A DNA stretch of 64,000 nucleotides. It comes from Octopus bimaculoides (lineage: Eukaryota). The stretch lies in assembly GCF_001194135.2 (NCBI RefSeq), contig NC_068999.1, forward strand, positions 54,206,905 through 54,270,904, in the 5' to 3' direction. The position numbers were made by a program, and so were the translations under genes. Positions 41,244 through 54,392 of this stretch are shown piece by piece (position 1 is the first letter of the stretch; each line of letters begins with the position of its first letter). The notes below the pieces were generated by a model, which saw nothing but the letters and a program-made list of their open reading frames with translations, was not told the DNA's origin and ran no database searches.

Positions 41244-44200
41244 GCAAACACATACATACATATATCTCATCATCGTTTAACGTCCATCTTCCATATAGAT
41301 ATTTATAATTTGGTTAACTGAAATCAGTGGAAACAGTTACTTCCAATTTTCTTAAACTACATCTCAAAGGTTCTTGGTTCTTAATCCTTTTTTTCTCCAG
41401 TTGTTTTCTTGTTTATATATAAATGTATATCAAATTCAGTATTATATGTAACTGATGAACTGAAGGAGTCATTTTAGAAGCTCTCACCACATAAAGGTTT
41501 CGTCATCAATCCTAAACCATTAACAGATCCACTCAATCTATCCTAGATTGCTTTTAACAAGATTCTGTCCCAGTCCATTTCTACCCTACTAAAATAGGAG
41601 TATTGTCTAGCAGGAACCACATGTCTTTGGTTTCTTTTTTATTTCTTACAATGTTTATTTACACCTAGGAATCCATAAACATTGTAGTAAAAGAGGAGGT
41701 GAACAAGAAATGGGAGTGATAGACGATATAAGAAAACTAGCAACAAGGTAAAAAAAAAAAAAAGAGAGAGAGAAGAGAAAAAAAGGAGAGATGAAAAGAT
41801 AGGGAGATTGACACCGTCAGTCAGAAGTTCAGTTTTACCTGGCAGCATAAGACAGGGCTGTGCTGCAGTGGGTGAATGTGGAATGTCTTTGATGGGGCTC
41901 TTATCCCGAATTTTACTAAGATTTGAGCCAACACTGTGCGACTTGTTGAACATGCTCATACTGCTGATACGCCGAGTGGCTGGCCCTCGAGGTGACCTGG
42001 AATATTCTGAAAGACAGAACAGCACCCTATGTGATATATATGTTTACCAGCAATTTGTTCAACAGAATACATCAACCTTAAGTTAATATTTTTCATTTTC
42101 TTTACTGTGTTAACTGTCAACAGCACCAAATTTAATCATATAAGGCTTTTAAAACAATTTGTTTTTTTCTTACAGCTGCTACAGTGCTGTTTGAAAATGT
42201 GGGCTGGTCACCATTCTTTAATAGGGACAGTAAAAACAAAATAACAACAGCAACATTAACAACAACAACATTCAGCACACCTAGATAAAGTCTCATTAGA
42301 TTTCCTTTCAAATTAAAACTACAGCTAATTCTCAGTAAATGCCACAGAAAAAAAAACATACAAAAGTTCTAAATATTTCCTTATAAATTCCTTTCAGACA
42401 CCAAGCCCTCTCAGTTTTTAAGCTCACCCTACAGAAAAAAAAAAAAAAAAAAAAAAAATCTTGCATAACATGTACACCGGAACATGTCTTTTATCACCCA
42501 TGGAATAAACAAATCACTGCACACTGCCTGGTATACAAAATATAAAAAAAGACGAAAAACACCAGCAACGCCATACCCCAAACTCTTCCATATACAAAAA
42601 AAAGACAAAAAATTCTGACATATATATATATATATATATGCACCATACACAATGGGAGCGGCAACTTTATTAGAGTTTATAAAGAATACGGAAAAACTGT
42701 ATTAGTAGACAGAGATAGAAAGAGAAGGGGAGAAGAAAGAGAAGGGGAGAAGAAAGAGAAGGGGAGAAGAAAGAGAGATAAGATGAGAGAATCATAGGAT
42801 TTGTTTCCAACCAAATAGACATAATGTAACAGATACTACAGCACTTGATAACATCAATAAAAGTGAATCCTGGGTCCTGCTCAGAAACTGAACATCTAGT
42901 TAAGATTCAAAAGGCTTAGTGTATCTATGATTATCATTATTATTATTATTGGGACTTCATGTCACTGTTACACAGAGTTTAATGTAAACTGTGTAGCAAT
43001 GAATCCTCAATTGCAAACAAATTTATAACAATACCCTCCACACACACATACACACACAAACACACACACATACACACACAAACACACACACATACATACA
43101 CACACACATATACAAGTACATTTTCTGCCATTTATAAATTCAAATGTGTACATGTGTATGTGTGTGTGTGTAAGAAGGAGTCAACAAATGAAAGGATTCT
43201 GAACTTTGTGATACTAACCTTCTCCCGAGGGTTCAACACAAAGACAGCTGGAACTTGCTTCAGAAGAAACATCAAAACAGGAGACTGTGTAATGTCGGAA
43301 ATAAAGAAATACATATTATGTTCAAACAAATATTCAACTCATTAAAGACAATCTCGCATAGCCTCATTAGAAACAGAATCTCGTATGAGAGAACAGTCTC
43401 GTTAGGGACACAGCCTCATTTAAGACAGTCATATTAGCTACACAACCTCATAAGAAACACAGATACAGTCTCATTAAAGACACAGTTTCCATAAAGACAT
43501 AATCTCATTAAAAACAGTCTTATTGAAAACACATTCTCATTAGAGATACTCCCGAAACACAGTACACAGAGATGTTAGCATTTTCGGTTTCAGTGTATCC
43601 AAAACAAAAATTTCTAAATTCTTTCTGTTCTTGAAAAAAAAAAAAAAAAAATTAAAAAAACACAGTAAAAATAAAGAATTATCTGATCTTATGAATTGAA
43701 TGAGTTTAAAACAAAAATTTAAAGTAGATTATTTCAGTGTCAGACAGCAGACAATACTTGAAAAATTTGCATAAGACCTTTGATCCATGTAAACACTGAA
43801 CTCTCCACATTGTAGTAAAGATACAGTCCTTTTGTGTACAAATTTTGCAGGTTAAAACATTTAGGTTTTACATCCAGATGTCCTTCTAAGTATCCTGACA
43901 TCATATGTTAAACACCCTGATGTCCTCCTGAATGTCAAACATTTCTAAGTGTTAAGAGTTTTACAAGCAAATTTCATTCCGTATGCCAATCCTTTTTTTA
44001 TAAACTATCGCTAATTTTTACACCTGTAGTTGCAAAATTCGGAAAGTTCAACCCTTTAGCATTCAGATTATTCTGTTAAATGCAATGCTTATTTATTCAC
44101 ATTGTTTTGAATTAATCATGAATTATCTTGGAGCTTCAAGATTCTGATGATGTGGTAGTTTATTTTTAAAATGACATTGCAGGGCAGATGTGAGGAGCTA

Positions 44201-44447
44201 GATTTAGCCAGTTTGAACACAAAGTAGGTAGAATATTTTGGCCAGATATGGCTGGTTTAAATGCTAAAGGGTTAAACCAGCTGATATTGTATTTATTCTA
44301 TTGTTGGAAAGATGATATCGAGCCAAGTGACTCACACTGGTGAGCACATATGTATGTTATAAACAGTAATGGCAAAAACAAAAAAAGTAGTAGTTGATTA
44401 ATACAAAACTATTAATTAGTAATGATGAGTGGCAATAGTAGCAGTTG

Positions 44448-44496
<49 letters not shown>

Positions 44497-45420
44497 CAAA
44501 TGATCAGAATGATAGTGATGAATGATGATATTGATGAAAAATGTAAATTAGTGATTCCAATGCGGTAATAAACCATAATAAACTAATAAAATCTAAGATA
44601 TAGCTACACTTACCTGCAAGCTTCAACTGAGATGGATGAGCATTAGCAGCTGGTTTTGATTCAGATGTGTAGACTGCAAACGTTGGAACAGACTGTGAAA
44701 CTTCTAAACCTTGCACAGAATTGGACGAGGGAAACTGCTGTGATTGTTCACAGAGAATATTTGAGTCCAGTGCAGCTTCTGGTTGAATAAGGCCACACTG
44801 CGATTCAGTTTGTGCATTCTGTTCATCGACAGCTACAATATAAAAAGTAACAGTACAGATGTAACACAACACAAAATTTCTTTTTTTTTAAAAACTTAAG
44901 TATACCAATTACATTTAAGTATTTCATTTGGTGAAAGTGTGTGTGTGAATATATATAGACACACACACATACACAGAGTGTGTGAGAGGGAGAGAGAGTG
45001 ATGCAGATAAACATGATTAGGCTTAATATATNNNNNNNNNNNNNNNNNNNNNNNNNNNNNNNNNNNNNNNNNNNNNNNNNNNNNNNNNNNNNNNNNNNNN
45101 NNNNNNNNNNNNNNNNNNNNNNNNNNNNNNNNNNNNNNNNNNNNNNNNNNNNNNNNNNNNNNNNNNNNNNNNNNNNNNNNAAAATAAATACAAGATACAA
45201 AAACTAAATACATTCAGAAGATAAACACACATGTACAAGCATTAGATATTTATATATATAGGCACAGGAGTGGCTGTGTGGTAAGTAGCATGCTTACCAA
45301 CCACATGGTTCTGGGCTCAGTCCCACTGTGTGGTACCTTGGGCAAGTGTCTGCTACTATAGCCTCAGGCCAACAAAAGCCTTGTGAGTGGATTTGGTAGA
45401 CGAAAACTGAAAGAAACCCA

Positions 45421-45454
<34 letters not shown>

Positions 45455-48400
45455 CTTTTTTCAGTTTCTGTCTATTAAATCCACTCACAAGGCTTTGATC
45501 AGCTCGAGGCTATAAGGAGAAGTCACTTACCCAAGGTGCCACGCAGTGGGACTGAACCCGGAACTATGTAGTTGGGAAGCAAGCTTCTTACCACACAGCC
45601 ACTCCTGTGCCTTATAAGTTTACATACATGCATGCATGCATACATACATACATACATACATATATATATGCTAGCATGGAAAGCGGACGTTAAACGAAAC
45701 GATATATATATATATATGCAAACATACAAATATCACTCAAAGAAACATGTATGGGTTTTAGATCACAAATTTTGTAACCTTTAATGATACACATAAATAT
45801 ACATTGAATAAAAGATTTTATTATGAAGGAGGATATATAATAATGTGTACAAACCTTTCTCAGTGTGCTCAATAATTTGTCGAATAGCTTTCTTCAGACT
45901 GTTTGCTCGACACATAAGAGCTTCTCGTGGCTTGAAAATCATCTTTAATAAATATAAATGATACAACAATAATAATAGTTCTAATTTAGGCGCATAGCCT
46001 GCAGTTTTGGAGAGAGGAAGCGAGTTGACTGCACTGAACCAAGCTTGAGTAGTACTTTACTTTACTGACCCTGGATGTAAAGGGTAAAGATGACCTTGGC
46101 CAATTAGGTTAATTAGGTAACAGAAGCCATCACCTATTCCTAATGATTCCTCTAAGTATTTGAAATATTTATTTCATGGATGCTCTTCGCGCTAATTACT
46201 CCTGTTCTGCTGCCACCCTGCCTGTGATCCCACTGTATCTCTTGTATACCTATAGATTAGATTTGATGCATCATATAAAACTTCTACCGACTCCTAATTT
46301 GAATTTGACCTATGACCACTTCCCAGACTAGAGTCCTGTCTTCTTTCCTTCAAGCTAAAACTTTTGCCTTTGTTTCATTTAATTTCAAGACATCTTGATT
46401 CTAGGCATTGCTTCTACACATGTTTCATTAAATTACATAAGATTACAAATATCAAGGTTAACAGTTACTAATTAAATCAACCCTAATACTTGACTGGTAA
46501 TTATTCTTTAAACCAGTGGTTCTCAACTGGGGTCCATATAAGATTTGGTGGAGGGGGGAGGAGCAAGCAAAAAAGTAAATCGGGGATCAATGGCAGTATT
46601 TTAGGGGTCCGTGAAGAAATTTTGCTTCAGATGTATTTATCGTACGAAACAATTAGCTTTCTTTGTCTCACGTTTTACAAAGTGGAGCATGTTTCTGGCC
46701 ACTGAAACGTTCTCTCAGAAAGTTCTATTGCAAACCTACACAAGTGAATGGGTGAATACTAAAATAGGAACTTTCTAAGAAGTATCAGTAAAACTAGTTT
46801 TTAAACATCAAATCGTTATGAAGGTCCACCAGAGTAAAATAGTAATCAAAAGGGGTCCATAGGCAAAAAATAGTTGAGAACCCCTACTTTGGACCATGGG
46901 ATGACAAAAGGCAAAAATCAACTGCAATGAGATTTGAACTTAAATTATAAAAGTACATAACTAAATACCACAAGGCACTCTATTGATTCTGCTATGTAAC
47001 AACAATAAACAATAAAAACTTTGTTAAACATACTTGTATCACTACTGCATAAATCTCTCTGAGAGATTTAGAAATGTATTATTTCTATACTTGTATTAGT
47101 AGAGTGTCTTGCTTAAGGATCAACACACTAGTAATCGTTACTGGATTTGAGGATGACAGATTTGATTAAAGTTTCATGTAATTAACAAATTATAATTGAA
47201 AGTTTTATGCTTAGATATCTAAATTCTCTTACGCCTTTTGTGCTCTTGATACCAGTGATCTCTCCTGGAACTGTATCCCTCTCAGGAGAGCTAGCTTCAT
47301 CTTTATCATCACTTGTGCATTTAAAGCAGCCTTCTTGAGCAGACACCTGGAACAGAAGGGAGATAAATGTTACACACATCTATTGAGGAGGAGGAGGAGG
47401 AGGAGGAGGAGGAGGAGGAGGAGAACAGTGCCGCCTGACTGGCTACCGTGCTGGTGGCACGCAATAAGCACCATTCATATGTGGGTTGCTGCCAGTGCCA
47501 CCTGACTGGCTCCCTGTGCCAGTGGCACGTAAAAAGCACTATCCAAATGTGGTCAATGCCAGCCCCACCACCCAAGGGGCCATATTATCAATTTTTTCAA
47601 CAATCTAAGTATGTCATGAGGTTTCCAGATATGAGTTCTAGCATCTCCACTCTGTGGAGTGCAGAGAGCAAGATAAGAGAAGTAAGAAATCTTGGTCATC
47701 TACTGCATCTGTCTTCATTCCCTGTCATCTGGGTCTGGCCTTGCCACTGGACTGAAGATGGTCACAGACAAGAGTAAAGTTGATGGCGTACAGCTAGATG
47801 GTCCTCATCACTCCGATGGACAAACACAATATTAAATGGTGTTACGTTATATGGTTAGTCTGCATTACTCCGTAAGTAGCATAAGGTCAGTTTCCCGGTT
47901 TCTCTGGCATGTATATTCTGCCTTGAACAACTCTGATCCATCACAAGATTACCCAATTTTGTCAGCTGAGTAAATTGGAGCAACATGAAATGAAGTGTTT
48001 TGCTCAAGAACACAACACATTGCTTGGTCCAGAAATCAAAACCACAATTTTACAATCATGAGTCTAACACCCTTATGTTATATGTTAAATATGACAGGTT
48101 AAAAGATGATACACAGAAAAGAAGAAGATGAGGAGAGAGGAGTGCAAAGAATGAACTGATCTTACCATGAGAGCTTCGTCTTTTAATGTCTTCAGCAAAC
48201 TTTCCAGCTTTTCATTTAATATATTACACTGGAAGCATAACAAATAGAAGCAATATAATTTCAAACATCTAACACTCTCTACAAAACCTTTATTCAAAGG
48301 TTGTTTTATTGTCTAACTCCTGTTCAGCCTGATGAAGCAGGCTTATGATCAAAGATGTTCAAAGCAAGACCATTCCATCTTTTGTTCAGGCAACTACTAA

Positions 48401-51400
48401 TAAGACTACATTATCCATTTACAATCAAAAACTAAAATTTCAACTAAAATAAAATTTTCATTCAACAAATTATAAACAAATATACAAAATATTTCAAATG
48501 ACTTCTTTATTATCGTCACAAAGTTATCTCCCCTGAATCAAGCGCGCGCACGCGAAGTCACATCGCAACTCAGCCGGTGGCGCCAGGGCGACAGACAGTT
48601 AAAGTCTTACGTCCGTCCGTGAATGTCGTTGCAGACTGGAAACTGAGCTGAAGAGCCAGCTGCCTGTGTACACGAGGCCATGCAAGGTTCAACGAGGTGA
48701 TTGACACTCTTCTGACAAGAAGGAACAATCAGCAAGTATGCATATTTTTTACTTGTTTCAGTTATCAGATTGTAGCCTGCTGGGGCACCATCTTAAAGTG
48801 TTCAGTCGCACAAATCTAGCCCCATTACTTATCCTTTAAGTCTGTTGCTTGATTTATTCTATCTGTCTTTTGCCAAACTGCTAAGTTGCAGGCATGTGAA
48901 CAAGTCAACTAATGCATATTGTTATACACCACTGGTCACAATGCACCTCCTCACATAGTTGTACCTTTCATATGATACTATCTTGACTTGGCTAAGCAGG
49001 AAGTCAATAATATCCTTTGGACAGAATGCCAGTGCATTGCAGCATTACCCATTTACAGCTTAGTGGACTCGAGTAATCTGAAATGAAGTTTTAGCAAGTC
49101 TAAAATTATGTCTTTTGTGCCATAAAGTAGTTATCATTTCTGTAGTGCAAATGCTTATTTTGCTTAATGGTTAATCCAGAGCTGACCCCGATACTTATTC
49201 TTTATGTCTGGTACTTCTATCAGTCTCTTAGGCCAAACTACTAAGCTTCAAGGATGCAAACCAACCAACACTATTGTAAATTGGAGGGGAAGAGAGCAAA
49301 CACAGACACAAAGAGACACGCATACATTAAATGATGTGTTAACTCAGTCTCACTTCAAGCAAGTCACAGATTTATTCAAATAAACATAATGTGTTAGATC
49401 CCAATATTTTGTCACATTTTAGAATAAATTGCTTCATGTTGCAAGCACAAAATTTATAATGGCAACAGAAAGCAATGTCTTCATGGAAATCATCAGGTTA
49501 CACAAGAGAAACAAAACAAAAAGAAAAAAAGAAAACTTACTTTAGATGATATTGATGTCTCTCCAGCCTTTTCTCCATCCCCATCTTGGGACTGCCCAAC
49601 CTTGCATACAAATTCTTTCACAGTTTCACATAAAACCCTGAAAAATAAAGGTTGAAGGTGTCAACTTGATCGTTGAAACAAGTTTCATAACAACTGTAAT
49701 AAAACAATGTCTTTCTTCTGCTCCAACAATGTTCCTAGAATTTGATAAGAACAACACAAACAGGTAAAAGAAATGTATACAACTGTCATTTCATTCCATT
49801 CTACTCAATCACAGGGTCTCTTTATCTTTTGTCTTTTACTTGTTTCAGTCATTAGAGTGCAACCATGCTGGAGCAATATTTTGGTGAACATTTTAGTTGC
49901 TTTGAATTGACCCCAGTACTTTTCTTAAAAGCCTGGCAATTATTCTGTCCACCCCTTTTGCAGAACCATTAAGTTACAGGGGATTTACACATAGCACCAG
50001 TTGTCAAGCAGCGATGGAAGACAAAGACAGACCCATACACACACACACACATATATGACAGGCTTCTTTCAGTTTCAATCTGCCAAATCCTCTCACAAGT
50101 CTTTGGTCAACTTAGAGCTAGAACAGAAGATACCAAAATAACAAGAACTAGTCACCCTCTGATGAGTTTATGGACTAGAAATACAGGGTGTCCCAGAATT
50201 AACTATCTATTTTAATGAAATTGAGAAAGTTTTTAAAAATCAACAGAATTTTATGTTTATTACTTAATTATGATAACAAAAGAAATAGATTAATAAATCT
50301 TATGTCAAAACTCAATGAAAATTTTCAACATGTGCTCTGTCTGTATCCTTGCAAATTGCAAATATATCCTTAGTGTTGCGAAACACATTTTGAATCATTT
50401 CAGGAATTATCTCCTGCACTGCAAACTGAATGCATTCTTTAAATTCAGCTAAACTATCGCTTCATCCTGGGGATGGAAATAGAGAAAATGATTGCAGCCA
50501 AATTGAAAAGAAGCTATTGTGGACAAATGAACAGGATCCAACAGGAATGAAAATGAAATTATTAAAAAAAAAATCATAAACAAAATTTATACACTTTTAA
50601 CACATATTAAACATGACAAACATAATTAAATGTGAGTTTTTTTAAAAAATTGTCTGATTTCACTGAAATAGATAGTTAACTTTGAGGCACTCTGTATTGT
50701 GAACCAGATAATACCAGCATCTGATGTTTCACTATCTAGACATTAAATACATAGCTTTTATGTTTTATTTAATCATAACACTGATGATGTAGCTGTTTTC
50801 TATATATATACATATATATAGCTGCTTTCACAGCTATACTACGTTTGAATTTTACTTTGTAATATATATATATATATATATATAGTATTAATAATTATAA
50901 GGAGACTGAAGATTTTCAACATCTATAACTTTATTAAACAATTATTTACAATAATTACAACAGCAAGAATAATTACCAGAGTCTAGCAACTTATTGTTAA
51001 TTTGGGTATCACTAAAGGTCTGGTGTGATTAGCCGGCAAATGAAACTGATATAAGAGGAAAAACATGGTAACCCCCAGGATTATATATCCCTTTGAACTC
51101 ATATATATATATATATATATATATAAAACGAAGAACAAACAGAAGAAAAAAAACAACAACGCAAGGACGTGCTACATGCAAAGTATTAGCAGAAGACACT
51201 CAGGGAAGGAAAGAAAGGTAGTTTTTATGTTCCAAGCAAAGGTCTTCATTAGAAACAGGGGACAGAGGAAAGACCAAAAGAAAAGGAAGGTGGAGGAAAA
51301 AAAAAAAAATCGCCAATGATCCACATGTGGTTACATTTTGAAAGATATATATATATATATATATCTATATATATATATATATATACGCACACGATAAGCA

Positions 51401-54358
51401 TATATTTTTCTCACTGCAGCACGACATTGGTCTTTGTTCTTTCATTCTTTTTGACTATCATCCTTCTATCAATATCATGTGTGAAATAGAAACCAATTGT
51501 GATTTTGTCAAGTGAGGTAAAGTGAGGAAGGCAGGAAATTTGAATTTGAGTCTGTTTGATGAATGCACAGCCACCACCACCATGTTAGCCTCACATTATG
51601 TTTACAATTAAAGTACAGAATTAATCACATTTTCAAAAGGAAAAAAAATGAAGAAATGCTACATACTTGGCAGATCTTATAACAACAGTATGGTCTGTGG
51701 AATGCAATATTTTAGACAAATGGTCAGCCACACTGTCTTCATAGATGCCAATACCTTCAAACTGAAGAAAAGGGACAAAAAAATAAAGTAATCAGTCAAT
51801 CAATCAATCAATAAGACAGAAAGGAAGAAAGAATGAAAAAAGGAAGGAAAGAAAGAACAAAAGAATTAAAACGAAATGGAAAAAAAGAAAGCAAGCAATG
51901 AATGATAGGTAGAAAAAGAAAGATATGGAAGCAAAGAGAGGGAAAAAGAATTATAGTGTTATATGATATAGGATAAACTCTGCAGATATTTCACAATGAT
52001 GGAGATTATGACTTGATTCTAGCCCTATACTATGGTTCTATCCCTAATTTTTATACTTTGAAATTACAAAGTGATAACATTTTGAAATATTCTTTGTAAA
52101 CTGAAATTGGGGAGAGAGAGAAAAAAAATTGGAAGTAAAATCCAAATTCAAAATACACATATGCAAATTTGATTGTAGAAGTTGTACTCTAATTTCTCTC
52201 TTTTTGAATCCATCGTGACTAGTGGATGTACAGATTGTTTTCAAGTGTTAGAGTGTTATCTGTTGCATGAGTCAGCAGAACCAGTAACCAAAAATACTGA
52301 CATCAATAACCTCGTTAGTCTCAAACTGTGTTGGAATGCATAACAAGAGAGATAAGAGTAGTGAGACTAACTGTTGCACTCTAATTTCATTCAGCCTCTA
52401 GCTTTATTCTACAAAATCTAGAAGTTTACAAATTGTCATGATGAAGTTGTAAAGAGAGGGACAATGGTACAGCTGTAGCAATTAAATCCACATTATTATA
52501 TAATTAACATGCTTTGTAAGGTTTGGAGTTATTGATGTCTTAAACAACAAGCTAACTAGCGTAGATGAAATACTGAAGCCCTTTACTTGAAAACAAGTCA
52601 GGGCTGGTAGCAAGAGGAGCATCATGAATAAAAATCTTGCTTCAATTACTACCTATCTATGCCACCCTAGCAAGGAAAAATAGGCATTAAACGAAACATG
52701 TATGTGTGAGTGTGTATGTAAATATACCTTTTATTTGTGGGTTAACAAAGCTACCAATGGTTTCATGTAGAGAGAAATCCCTCAACAATTATCAAGCCTA
52801 CCACATGGTAATGTTAGTGCTCATCTCCATTTTGGATGAAATTACATGAAGCTACATGAGACTGTACAGAATTTTGGGATAAATAAATAACGTTATTTGC
52901 ATATCTATTTATCCCCAAATCCCATACAGTCCTGTGTAGCTTCATGTAATTTCATCCATGATGGAAACAAGTATCAACATTTCTATGTAGCAGGTTCGGT
53001 AATTGTTAAGAGATTTTTCTCTACATGAAACCACTGGTAGCCTTGTTAAGCCAAAAATAAAGACTATTTATCCACCAATGAAGTGTTGAGAACTCACCCT
53101 CACTGTTTGATATTAGCATATATGTATATACATATATATACATATATATATATATATGTTGTGATTTCAATTCCTAGACACTTCTCACATTGCTCTGTGA
53201 TCACTCCAACACCTAATGCATGCCACACTGTGCACCTATTCAGGCAACATCGATTTGATGGAGGGACTGAGCTAAAGCGCAGCACAAACATTCGATCACT
53301 ATAGACAAATTATTTGTGCAGGTCGTTCACCAAAAGCTGAACGCTCATACGCTGTATCCAACAGGAGAGTCCATCATATAAGTTTATACACATATACATA
53401 TAGATCGTTTTTAATGTTGAACATTGTTTTGTAATCGTTTATTGTGGATAAATAATAATAAACAGGGAAATAAAAGAAAATAGTGTGAAAGAATGAATAA
53501 ATAAATTGATGAATGAATGGAAAGAATGAAAGGAGCTAAGCTACTATAGCAACCTGTTGAGACAATTTTCTGGGTGTAGGCATGGTACCTTCATATGTCA
53601 GTATACTCCATCTGAGGGAGGAAGAATTTTTGTCAGTTTATATTCAATTTCAATTTCAATGCAAACAGAGAAATAAAAACAAAAATATACATTATCATTA
53701 TTATTATTGTTGTTATTGTTAATATAGGGAAAACAAAGTGGAAGGGAAAAATCCTTATTCATAGTGGTAACATTGTTAATGAAGGTAGATGAGCCTCTTA
53801 GCGATTATGATAGAGGGTCTATGAAGGCAATAGGTCATTAAGGGTAGATAGGGTAGATGAAGGCATGATAGCTTTATGTACTTTTTTTTTTTGGTAGGTT
53901 TGCATTAGGATTGTTGATGAAATTATTACAAATAAAACCAGTAATTAAGATTTTTTTTCTAACAGTGAAGTTGATTCATGCTCAATACATACCGATCCAG
54001 CATCTTGATCTGAGAATGTTCCAACTTCTCCAACAAAGCATGTAGCTGAGTATCATCATCAAAGGCTGAACCCCACCCTAATACTCTTGCTAAATCATTT
54101 CCAGTACCAAATGGCAACACTCCAATTTGACACTGAAACACGGGAGATGAGTTTGGGGAAGGAGGGAGAAAAAAAAAAGAAAAGTAAAAAGAAAGAAATT
54201 TGAAAAACAAATTACAAAAATAACAAATAAAAACAGTTAAAAATAAACAAATATATAAATGAAAAACAAAGGAAGAAAACAGTCAGTTTTAACATTTGGT
54301 GCAGCTCAGACAAATCTGTTTGGCTTCACCCCAAACTTTCTTTTGCTGTTTCTCTCTC

Positions 54359-54392
<34 letters not shown>

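Noticed and set aside
42174-42215. 42-nt exon-like segment (aag|...|gtaaga)
   Set aside because: Open only in phase 0, while the flanking introns are phase 1 (immediate TGA). No other support.
50153-50190. Hammerhead-like core caccct-CTGATGA...GAAA-tac-agggtg
   Set aside because: Stem II spacing is wrong, there is no stem III or NUH site, and the pairing strand is the adjacent Tc1 TIR.
51415-51465. 51-nt frame-preserving exon candidate
   Set aside because: Weak acceptor, and it would split the conserved SAK|VLCETVK helix. Expected by chance.
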